Shown here piece after piece: positions 34,608-46,617 of a stretch of 64,000 bases of DNA. The notes under the pieces are model-generated. The model was not told the DNA's origin. It searched no databases and saw nothing but the letters and a program-made list of their open reading frames with translations. The position numbers were made by a program, and so were the translations under genes. Origin of the DNA: Vermamoeba vermiformis (taxonomy: Eukaryota); contig JBEWZL010000145.1 in the NCBI GenBank assembly GCA_045837725.1, positions 248,001-312,000 of the forward strand. The letters run 5' to 3'. Within the stretch, counting starts at the first letter, position 1. Each line of letters opens with the position of its first letter.

Positions 34608-35894
34608 ATGGGCGAGGATATATGGTATAAATATTATTTGAAAGAGTTTTGCTTTGACGATCCAGCAGATCCACTTTTAAAAGCCAAGCCAGCACCAATG
34701 TTGTGGTCATATTATTTTATTGCTTCCATGAAGCTCGATAAACAGCGTGGATTTGACTTTTCAAAGAAGTGCGTGACGATAATCTATCAACTGCTCGAAG
34801 AATCATTGACCACGCTGCAAGATCTGGTGTTGAAAGGAGACGTGGCCACAACGGAGTACCAAATTCAGCGCCAGGCCGCACAAGCTCCTAAAGACGGCGA
34901 AGAACACAAGCCCATCCATCAACAAGACAAGTCAGTGCTGCACTACGCCGTGCTCAGTGGCAATGTGCCCATGGTGCAGATGTTGCTGGGGGCAGGGTAC
35001 TTGCCTGAACTGAACGCGCCTGACCTCATCACTGCATTCACACCCCTGCACATGGCCGTATTCATCGAGAATAAGGACATGATGTGGACTCTCATCTCGC
35101 ACGGGGCCAAGCCAGATCTGTTGGACTCGTATCGCGGCACAGCACTCGATTACGCACGTATCGCACAGCTGATGCCGTACAAATATCAAAAACAGCGCGA
35201 CAGCACGCAGATCAAAGTATACGACGACAAAACAGGCAAGATACAAGCGTGGTCTGTGCAACAATTCGAAGAGAAATTCAACGTGACGTGGTGCGCGGAT
35301 TGGATCGCAACCAACGAGTACATTGAAGAGCTGTTGTTCGGTGGATTCACACTGGGCAATCCCGACATGGAGTTCAGGTGCGTGGTCACTGCACTAATTA
35401 TCGACGCGTACTGACCTGTTATCAGAGAACAATACATGCCTGTGATCAATGCCTCGAGTGGCGATGAGAACATTGTGATTGCAGAGATCAGTCCGCAAGT
35501 GGGCTGGGGTGCATTTGCAGCACGTGACATCAAAAAGGGCGAGTTCATTGTCAAGTACGGTGGTCAAGTGATGATTAAAAAGGGCGTGAAAGACAGATCG
35601 TACAGCATGCAATCAGGGCTCGAAGGATTCATATTGAACAGCAAACAGTGTCGCAACACCGGTGCATTCCTCAATCACTCGAGCACACCCAATGCACAGG
35701 CCGAGTGCGTGTTTGAAAAGGGTGTCGAACAAGCAGTCATACTCGCCATTGAAGACATACCTCGAGGCAAACAACTGTTCATCGATTACAGCGAGCGATA
35801 TTTTAGCAAGGGCGTGGATATGAACGAGTTCCTCGACATGAACACTGCGCAGAATGAATTCCCCACTTGTTTGCCGTCCACTGCTTTCAGCTGA
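34608..35894 (+). CDS. Ankyrin-repeat + SET-domain lysine methyltransferase
   Basis: SVLHYAV, TPLHMAV, TALDYA ankyrins; VGWGAFAARDIKKGEFI, FLNHSSTPN, QLFIDYSERYF; one intron in the CDS. Confidence 0.9.
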
Positions 35895-35984
35895 AAATAA
35901 ATAAAATTTTTTAATCGTACTTGCCGTATTACCGACAAATGGGGATTATATTACAGTTCGATTAGTATATATCACAGGTGTTAT

Positions 35985-37631
35985 TTAGTGCATGTTGATG
36001 GGCGTGGTCAATTGTGTTGATTTCCGCTGCGGTGCTGGGGGACTCGTCTTCTTTTCATCCAAATCAACTGACGTACTCAACTGCAAAGCGTGTCAGCACA
36101 AGCACTAGCGTTAAGATTGCTCAATGTTAAATTACCTTTTCAAATTTAGCAATGTGAGCTTTGACAAATGACGACGAGCCAGAGATGGGTTTGTTGTTCT
36201 TCTCGCTCTCATCAATCTTCTTCGCCTCTTCCAAACTCTTTTTCACGGCTTTTGACGCGGGGGCGGGTTGTATGGGTTTGTTTTCTTTGCCTTTGTCGTC
36301 TTCACTCTTGTCTTTGCTGGGTTTGGATTCGACAGGCTTGGGTTTGTTGTTCGGATTGGCTTGGAACTTGAGCTGAGGTTTGTTGACGTGCGCCAGACGA
36401 GGTGAAATAGGCTCTTCATCGCTGTCATTGTCGTCTTCAATGGACGAGGCCGATGAGCGTCGCACGTGAGTGGGTTTGACTTGTTTCTCTTCACTCTTCG
36501 CGGCTAATTTTTCACGTGCGCGCAGCAAGTCTTCAGGCACATCTTTGGCTGCGAGTCTGAGCTTGGTCTTGTCGTTCAGTGAAATCAAATCGTTCTGCGT
36601 TCTGAGCCACACAAATTTAGGTTTCTCATCAGGACTCGGCATCACAGTCGCAGGGTCAGTGCTCGTGGCCTTGGCTGTCTGACCACGCACCACACGACCA
36701 ACACACGTGAACAGACCAATGGCCCCGACGACCAGTACGGTGATGGCTGAGAGCATGATCACCCACGCCAGTCGCGGGTCGTACGTGTTGTCCACAGGCA
36801 CGAGCAAGAGATCGAGATTGTACTCGAGATTGGAGAACATGCCCACGGACTTGGACGGTGTGACTGCAATGTACCACGTGATACCTAAGCATGATTGAGT
36901 TAGTTCAGAGCACATGACACGTGTCAAGCAGAAGTCCGTACTGTGATCGAGTGGCGGCAGTCGCACGTGCATGACGTCGTGATGTGCCGTGTTGAGTGTG
37001 AAGTCGTGTTGTTGCTCGCTCGGTGTGCCTGTCTTGGACAGATAGACTTTCACGAACAACTCGCGGCTGTCAGTCACGTGTTTAATGCGCAACACGAGCA
37101 CGTGATTGGATAGCAGCACTTGATCACGTGCTTTCAGTGAAGCGTGAACACGAGCAGAGTTGAGCACAAAGTAGTGCAGATCAGGTGCAGAGGATGAAAA
37201 TACAGCGCCGAGTCCGCCTTCAAATCGACCTTTCTCCGTCACATTCACGCGCAATTCTTTCATATTTTTGGACGGCTCTTTCGGCTTGTCTATTGGTTGT
37301 GTAATTGGTTTGCCATCTGGACTGCTATGTGTAATTCGAGGTTCTGTTACGTGCTTAAATTCGCCTAATAACATATTTATAAATAATATGCTCGTACGAT
37401 GTTAATTAAATATTGACACTACGTTATATTTTAAATCTGAATTTTAATAATTTATTGATCAAATTGTATTTGAAGGTATAAATGCATATTCATTGAAATA
37501 GTTTCAATATACTCACCGACACCATCTTGAATAACGTCTGTAATTGTTGGTGCATTCACATCTGCAGTTTGATTATAAAAAAATGATAGGATCAACCCTG
37601 CGAAGACGGCGGTTGCTGAATTAAGCCCCAT
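35985..37631 (-). CDS. Uncharacterised single-pass membrane protein
   Basis: Signal-like N-terminus, beta-rich ectodomain, TM helix AWVIMLSAITVLVVGAIGLF, charged low-complexity tail. Confidence 0.7.
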
Positions 37632-37994
37632 ATCTCCTACGAAAGACGTAGAGCAGAAAGGATCACTTGTTGGGGCTTTATGATGGCTATCGAAACAATG
37701 AATGCATTTCAAGTTTTTTCAATCAGCTCACGAAATTTCAGAAACTAGGTGACCGTTGCAAATCTCAGGCACGACTGTTCACATGGATGCTATATTTATC
37801 ACCTGTGACATTGCGCTCTAATGGTTTGAGGAAAGAGAGCATGGAATGCGAGAGGTCAATTTGAATCTTAAATGGCGGGCAATTTGATTGAATTGATTAG
37901 AGCATTATTAATGCAACGGTCGTTTAATGGCATATATATCACACGACTATGATACAGGGTGTTATAATACAAACAAAATAAATAAGTGCTTCGA

Positions 37995-40900
37995 TTACTT
38001 TTTGATCTTCAATGACTTCAACTGCAGCTCTCGCTTCGAGGCGCGGAGAATGTCAAACCACTGCTTCTTTTCAGCGGGGGTCTTGGCTTGCAGTTGATAC
38101 AGCTTGCCTTTGACGTCTAGCTCCACGCAGTTGACCAGATCCACTCCGTCAGCGCGGTCAACAACACGAGCCTCACCGAGGTCTACGACAGCTTTGTTCT
38201 CAAACTTGTCTTTCTGTGCCTTGGGCTTAGCAATGATCACCAAGTCGTTGAACAAGAACACCCAACTCGGCTGTCCATTCACGACGAGCTCGCCTTCTTT
38301 CAAGTACTCGCGTGTCTCATTCAACAAGCTCTGCACGCCATTGGTCAGCACGATATCCTAACACGTCAATCACGTTACTTACGATCTTCAAGCCTTCAAT
38401 GTTGTGCTCAATCTCGCTCATGCGCTGCAAGGTCTCAGCCTTCCTCTTGCGATCATTGACAAAGTCTACCACGCCTTCAATCTTCTTCTGCGCTTTAATG
38501 ATGCTTTCATAAGCTTCTGTGTTCTCGGTCGGGATGTACTTCAACAGCTCCTGGATGGAGGTTAGTTTTATATATCATCTTTGATCGAATTCTCAGAATC
38601 ACTTGCCTTGAAGAACAGAGGATATTTGCAGATACGTTGCACGGGCTTGATGAGAAAACTCGACAAGAAAAGACCACGACACTTGGGATCAGACTCGCAG
38701 ATTTGAATGGTCTTGACGAGCTCTTGTCGTGTCTTGGTCAGTTGTTCCAACAAGATCAGTGCTTGCGTGTGAATGGTGCAGTACTGCGTGTACATCTTGA
38801 AGTAGTCTGACAGCGACAAGAACAGTTCTGCCACTGCTTTGGTCTCGTCAGTCATTTGCTTCTTCTTCTCTTCCCACGTCTTAATGACTTCTGTGTTGAT
38901 TTGCAGCAGAATTTCCACATTGCCGAAGATAGATTTGATTTCGTCCTCAGTCAGCACTCCTTTGATGCGCAGTGGTGTTAAGAACACGCTGTCGATGATG
39001 TTGAGGTCGTTCACGTAATCATATTCCGTGGAAATAATCTCTTTAATCACCCTTTGCAGTGGTGTTAAGTTCGGGTCTTTGTAGTCTGCCAGCTCTGCAT
39101 CGATAAATCGTTAGAATTAACTCAAAAAAATTGTTGGTATCACACGTACTGTCCGCCAATGTCTTTTCTTCACGTCTTTCAATGACTTCGTGCGTCGACT
39201 GCTCGCCGCTGAGTGCGTTTAAATCGTCATTGTCACTAATCAAAATTGCCTTTCTGAAGCGTTCGAATGAGGTCGGTTTTGTCACGTACAACACGTCACG
39301 CAACATCTTGGCTACTTCTGCGACAATGTTATCCACATCCGAGGACTGAAGATTGCGCTTGCACCAAATCTGATCGAAGCTCTCTACAGCCATGACAGCT
39401 ATTTCCGTGAATGCGTTGGGCAAGAACATGACTGGGAAGATGACACGTGTCTGTGGCTGTGTCGGTAAGCGCTCCGTTGCCTCCAATCGTCGTTCACCTC
39501 GTTTAGAAGCCAAGTACTGTTCAAACTCCTCGAGTCGGAACACACTCAAGAAGGCATTGACGAGCTTGAATGTGACGCGCGACACCCCATAGCGCTGCCC
39601 GTCTGTGCGATGTTGCTGCATTTCAATCATTTTCTTGAACTTGCTCGTCTTCGTTGTGGCGAGATGGAACAAGACTTTAACACCCAACTCTCCTGCCTCT
39701 AGTTCAGTGAACGGTGTGTTGTTTTGGAAGCCAATGAATCGCCATTCAGGTGAGTTAAATTCAATCGACGGAGCTTCAGGGAATGCATTGTGATAGATGG
39801 TCGTGAGCTTGAATCGGAGCTTTTCAGCGTCATTGGCCTGCTTTGAGCGACTGATGCCAGCAATCATTGCCATCTGATAGAGCCACAGATCGTCTTTCCA
39901 ATCAGCTGTCACGCCACTCACCACTCGCTGTTGCACGAGATTGTTGAGGCCAATTTTCACGAGTAGTTTGAGGAACTTCTTCTCGTAGATGACATTCAGC
40001 CTGGAGAGGGTCGCACTGAACAGCGCAAAGAATCGCAAGCAGTCAGCGAGCAGCGCTACTTCATTGGTCTCGAAGTATTTGAGAATTTGACGGAACAGTT
40101 CTTCGTCTGCGCGGCGCTGTTCAATTGGACCCAAAATACGCAAGTCATTCATCTCGACAAATGACAGCAACAGCACAATGATTGCCATGCAGTTGCGCCA
40201 CGCATTCAAGTTCTGATCGTACGTCGATACAATGTCGAACAAGCTCTGCACAAACGACGCACTCACAAACTCGTAATCAGCAGCGGTAGTGAGATACGAC
40301 AGCACTGCATTGAGTGCGTAGGCCAGTGTGTTGCCTGCAAACTCGGGGATCTTGGTGATGAGGAACTTCATGCCTCCTTGCTTGCCGAACTCAACGGCGT
40401 AACTCTTGTTCTATGTAGCAAGGGTGAATAGTCGTACTTGAAGGAGGAATAATAAATACCTGTAGCTTCTTAATGAGATCAAAAATGGCTTTCTTCGAGT
40501 AACTGAACAGCTCTCGTATTGTTTGTTCGATGTCCGCGAGTGTCTTATTTGACTGCAACGTTGGATTAAGCTTCAAATGCACTTCTTCGCCGCGCAGAGC
40601 ATCGAACTTCCTTTTGTCCTTCAGATCTGCTTGTTGAATGTATGAATTTGAGCCAGGATGGTACAGAGCAAATAATGTGGCCTGTGCTGGAATATTGAAC
40701 TTCTCCAATATGCAGCCAATGTGTGTTTTGAGAGGAATTTCACGATCAACCATGAGCGGAATTATTTTGGGGCTCTTGGCATCACCATAATGAATCCTCA
40801 GTGGCACTGCCTCGCTGTTGACCGCGGACACTCTACGACCACCAATAGCTGTGGGACCTGAACGAGTGCCAGGATTGAGCATTGTGTTTGTGTTGTTGGT

Positions 40901-43900
40901 GGTGGGCGGTGAGTTCTCCACTCTGTTCATCAGGGCCATGAGATTGGGTGATGAAGGCGAGGGTCGTGGTGAACTGTTCGGACTATCTTGACGTCCAATA
41001 GCGATGTTCTCTGATGACGGTCTTTTGTTGTTCAAGTCAGGACGTTGCCAGAAACCAGCGCGCTGTGGCCATGATTAGTATCACTGATGTGCAATGTCAA
41101 ATGTCTTACCCTGTTTTGACGTGCTGGTGGTGGATCTCGCGGAGACGACTGTGGAGAGAGTTGTGGCGAGTCTATTTTTGGCTGGTTAAAGGAAGGTGTG
41201 TGATTTGGTCGGATTGGCAATTGACGCGGACTCTGCCCTGGTATGTTGCGGAATGTCGGTGAAGACATGGAGGTGTCGACAAGTGAGTTGTGCGTGTTGT
41301 CTAATGATCTCGGCGAGGCTACTGAGACACTGCCAGTGCTGACATGAGTGTTATCGAGACTGCGTGGTGAGGCATACGGAGAGAATGAAGGAGGCTGTTT
41401 CTTCGGTCCAGTTGTCACGAGAATGACTTTGGATCGCTGCTCCTCTTGTTTGGCTCTCTCTTCTTGTGCTCGTCTAGCACGCTCTTCTTCTTCGCGCCGT
41501 CTCCGCTCTTCTTGTTCTCTGCGCATGCGGTCCTCTTGTTCACGACGCGCTCTTTCCTCCTGCTCGCGTCGCATCTGTTCTTGTCGTTGTCTCGCGAGTT
41601 CTTGTTCGCGAATTTGTTTCAAGTGCAGCAATTGTCGTTGTGCACCAGCTCTTCGCACGTAGCGTTGAATGGACACGACAAATCTGTTCAACATGAGTCC
41701 TCTCTGCTGGTCCAGCACACGAGCCATAAAGTCCTTCAAAAACACCTTTGACCTGCCAACTTGCCACTCTTGACAGGTGCCGTCGAGTGCTTTCAAGTAC
41801 GATTTGATTTTGCTAACTTTATCGCCAGGCCCGCTGCCCATCAAATAGTGGTATCGCTCCCAAAAGGTGTCAATGCTGTACCGAGCACCAAATCCAGCAC
41901 GTCTCAATTTCACAACTTGCACGATAGATGTCGAGCGCAGTTGATTCATCACCTTGCCGCCATCAAAGTGACCACTCTGCGAGGTCTCGTTGGGCTTAAT
42001 GCAACGCACGAAGTGGCATTTAGATGTTGATAACACGGTTGCTAGCGCTGCAAGTTGATTTTTGAACGCAATGCACACCGAAGCCTGACTCGAGTTAGTC
42101 ACATCAAGATAATTGGGCTTGTAGAACATACCTTGCGCGCTGCAGGAGATCTATTGGGAGCTACAGACGGCGACCTTCGATCACCAGGCGAGTCTGCGTT
42201 ACTGCTTGCAGCTGTGAAGAGGTGCTTCACGAGCGGCACTGAACTGGTCGAGAGCAGCTGTTCTACGTCTTGACTCATTGTATCTTTGTTCTTCTCCAAG
42301 AAATTGTGCACATTGTACGTGACATCTTCAATGAAGTGGCGCAAAGTAAATCTGTGTTGCTGCTTAACATCGAATACTACTAACGGATTGGCGCCTTGAG
42401 CCTTTTTGAATTTTTGCACGAATCCCTTCATGATGTTAGCAAACAATACTGCAAGGCTATAAACTACGTACGTCATCTGAACCTTTAGGTACGCGACCCT
42501 CTTCATCGAGCAGTGCCAGCAGACCGTTTGTCTTGTGCTCTAATAGGTCAATACAGCTGCGCTCGTCAGTGTCAATGTGACTCCACGATATTCCTTCGCG
42601 CTCGTACTCTTGCTGTTCGAATTTGAACCAGTGCTCGCTCATCAACTGCTGCAGTCGTTCATTGGCATAATTGATCAACAGCTGCTCCAAACTGTTCTCG
42701 GTAAACACTTCAAAACCGTAGATGTCCAACACACCAATGCACGCGCTGTTCTGACCGAGTTGTTTCGGTCGCAAGCTGGTGTTAATGCGATCGATCAGCC
42801 AATCGAATAACAGATGATAAATTGCTTTGGCGAGTGCTGCACACGTCTCTTTGGCCTGTGCAGGTGTGAGAGGGATGTGGTACTGCGTCTGTCTGTTGCC
42901 ACTCTGGAATGAGCGGCCAGTCAGTGTGGACTGCAACTGCGCCTCTTCAATGCCCAGCAATCGCGCGCACAATGCTAGTACATCGGTGTTCACTACTGCT
43001 GAGCCTGCAGTGCCCGATTGCGAGCCTGCGAGTGGCGCTGAAGGTTTGAATTCAATGTTGCCGAGGTGCAGAATGACCGCGATGAGTGACATGATCTGTT
43101 GCTGCTCTTCGCGCGTGATTCCAACTTCACTCATTGTCTGCTGCAGTTGTTGCCAGTGTTGTCTGTCGTGTTGGTCTGTGTTCAACTGTGGATCTACACG
43201 ACCATTGCAGAGATAGTTGTATCGATTATTAGCTGATAGTCCTAGTCTTCTTCGCTCATCTTCACTCGCTCCATATAACAGATAATAAAACACATGATAA
43301 TTGCGCTCTTCAGAAGCTTGAAACACGATCCGTGTCTTTTCGAGCAAATAGTGCTCTATTTGCGCGCCAGTAATGTGTCCGCTAGGGTTGAAAAATACTC
43401 GAATGAATTTGCCAAATCGACTCGAATTGTTGTTTTTAATCGTCTTCGCATTGCCAAACGCTTCAAGGACCGGATTTGCCGCCAAGACTCGCTTAGCAAC
43501 GTTGTCTAAACAAGGCTGTTAATATTATAACCCTATTATAAAATAGCAGACCATCGTACCTAGATTGCTATGACTGCTTGCATAAGCAAGAAACTTCAAA
43601 ATGTATTTTGTCGCCTCCGTCTTGCCAGATCCCGATTCACCGCTAATAACAATCGACTGCGGAGTATTATCGCCCATCATAGATCTATATGCATTCGTCG
43701 CAGTTGTGAATACATGCGGTGGAAGAGCGTTGTTGTTCAGATCCGCCTCGTTGTAACGCTTCATAGTAGCGTCGCTGTACATATCGACAGCTTTGAACGG
43801 ATTGACCGAGACTATCAACTCGCCTATATTCGTCTAAATAATAAACTATATTAATACCGCAGGCAAGCGTTACGTTATATTAAGTGCGGAATTGCGTACG

Positions 43901-44446
43901 TAGATCTTATCCTGCGAGTATCGCTTCTTGAGATTATGCAATACACTAGCCTCATTCAAATCATCGATTTTAATCATGTCATCGAGGTCTTGAATAGGCG
44001 TCTTAGTGCGTATTGGCAGCGCTTGACTTTCATCGACCGAGAATTCCTGTGACGATATAAATGATTACAATGCGTTAATTGAGCAATATATTTATTTAAT
44101 ATAGTAGACCGTATTATTAATATAAAAATGCATAAGCTGTAAATAAAGATTTTATAAATTAAAAATGGAAATTTGGCTTAGGCGAATGAAAACATGATTT
44201 TGACAACATCGTTTAATTGACGATACTAAACCATATTAAATTAAAATATTGCCTAGATTATAAACAATTAACTGTAACGGTCAATTTCTTTCGGATGGGA
44301 AACTAATTATTGGCATTGATCCAGCGCATATTTACCTCTCCAGAATCCAATTTAATATTATATTTATTGCCATTTTTAGATAGGACTGTCGCCAGTGCCC
44401 AACCTTGCTGTGCATCTGCTACCCAAATTTGCGTGTGATCTGCCAT
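37995..44446 (-). CDS. Unconventional myosin with ELMO module and DH-PH RhoGEF tail
   Basis: GESGSGKTE, LEAFGNAKT, NNNSSRFGK, LDIYGFE, HFVRCIKPN; IQ; ER/Q-rich helix; WRFIGFQ (ELMO); KEIISTEYDY...FLIKPVQRICKYPL (DH); VFLFND...EKKQWF (PH); tail exons join in phase. Confidence 0.9.
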
Positions 44447-45465
44447 CTCTTTGGTTCAAAGTGATGCACCAATAATCATTATTATACGCGTATAGTAGTT
44501 AAATGTGATATATAATACATAGTCCTATCTTTCTAAACGCTAATTAAATGACGAAATTGTCGGCACATTCAATTGAATTTCAACGGCCACCGATAGCACA
44601 CAACATGTAATATAAATAATCACTATGCGGTCACAACTGCAGTATATATTGTGCGTAGCAATACTACGGAGTAGAACTTGTTCGTGGGTAGAAGATCACG
44701 TTTGAATTATGAGCCAACTGGTACGCTCGAAATCATCGTTATTTCTAATTTCTACTAACACAACAACAAAAATATATATACTTTGGATACTTTCAAAATT
44801 ACTTGCTTTACTGTCGTTTTATAATTATTTTGCTTGGATAAGAGCAACCAACACAACGACCTCAATCGTGCATATCTTTGTCACTAACATCGCGCTATAA
44901 TATGCGGAGATGTTGTAGATTACATCATTTTTGCAACACGAAAGCGAGATCTGCTAGAAATTCGAGTACAAAACTAATGAACAGGAACTACTTGTGAACT
45001 CTAACCGCCGGCACATCTTTATGACTTTGTGCAATCTACGCTCGAAAAAAATTATTGTATGAACGAGCAGACAACCAGGAAAGCCACGGCAACAGGAACA
45101 TTGAGCAAAAACTTCTCAGCCGCTGCAGTTGAGGCTCGGTTAGGGCGGATAATGCTACCTGCGCCTTTGTAAACTATTCAACTGCTACTGCCTCTCATTC
45201 AGCTTCTCTGCGTCGCGGATGTGCTTCCCGCTGAAGAGGGTGTCGAACGCGTAAAATATCGCCACTAGCCAATTTAAGTGTGTCCTAACCGCTGTCACCA
45301 ACACAAAAAGATATTGCAGCCGAATAGCAGCTAATTTCTCGCGGAAAATTGAGGGAAAACTCGCAACGGAGCTCGGTAAAAAAAGAAAAAAATCGGCTTT
45401 ATTTTAGTTCAGACTCAACAGTCAGCACCACCCAACGCGACAAACATTCACACTTAACACTAGCC

Positions 45466-46370
45466 ATGAGCCGCCGACGATCATCTTCCCCTCCCAAGTT
45501 CGAAATTGCCGGATCGACTTACAGTACGAGTCACCACGTAGAATCCGCTTTATAATTCCGCTAATTCTTTGATTTTAGAGGTCATCACTGCCCCTATTGC
45601 AGGCAAAAAGTATGGCGTCCAAGACGATGAATTCTGTTTCAAAGTAAAAGTAAGTCACAAGTTAGATCGTGTCACGAAACATTTCAGACTGTTGCTAACT
45701 CGCTTGATTAGCAAATGTTCGAACAAATCAACTCGAAAGAATCCCGCCTTCTTGTAGTAGGCAAGAGAGGCCTGCGCCTTCTGGTGCCCGGTACTGAGGT
45801 AAAAAGAAATAAAATTTAAAAAATCGAGATTATGCGCCTCAATCTTGATTAAATTTTGCTAATCGAATATGTTATAATGCAGGAAGAGATAGCAAACTAC
45901 TCATACTATGTCATACGCGAATTCAATCTCAATGAGACTGCGAAAACTTTTGACTTTGAATACAAAGACACTGCGGCCAATGAATACAAACGATTGAAAT
46001 TCAAGACTAAGGAGGTACGTAATATTATAGCATGCCATAGTTTCATCGGTTGCTTTCTCTTAAATAGGATAACCAGCTGCAATTTCAGTCGGATTCATTA
46101 ATTAACCTACTTTCTTGATTTTAGAGCTTGGCCATTCAAAACCATATTAACGATGCCTTGAAACAAATCCTTAAAGAACATCATATTGACAACCCAGATC
46201 AAGTCCTTGCGGACAACACGAAGGTAGGTCCTGCGCACAAGAGCAGCACCACGTCCTCACCGCTGCCGCAACGACGTCGCTCAGGCTCGCACTCGAAGAA
46301 GAGACTATCGCAGAATCACGGCACTGGCGGCGAGAAACTGCTCTACACAGCCCTCGATGACGACGAATAG
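45466..46370 (+). CDS. Small uncharacterised protein, possible PH-like fold
   Basis: Five short exons; beta-strand-rich core followed by helix AIQNHINDALKQIL; basic tail. Confidence 0.65.
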
Positions 46371-46617
46371 ATTTGGTGGATCTGATCGAGACTCACCATG
46401 AAATTAAATCATGTAGCATGTACATATCAATCGCTACATAGCCGTACTGTATTGTAAATAAACTGCGCTTAATCTTAATTGTAGTAGTGCGGTGTTTTCA
46501 GCTGAGATTTCAAAATGAAGAAAATCATGACGGCGCAGTATTATTAGCTCTGTGCGATGTATATAGAGTGAACATAACGCAACGTCAACGTATTAATGTA
46601 AATAGAATACAATTCCG

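Noticed and set aside
45137-45147. GGTTAGGG/CCCTAACC as a telomerase RNA template or telomere seed
   Set aside because: Single copy, predicted to be base-paired in a long stem, with no recognisable pseudoknot.
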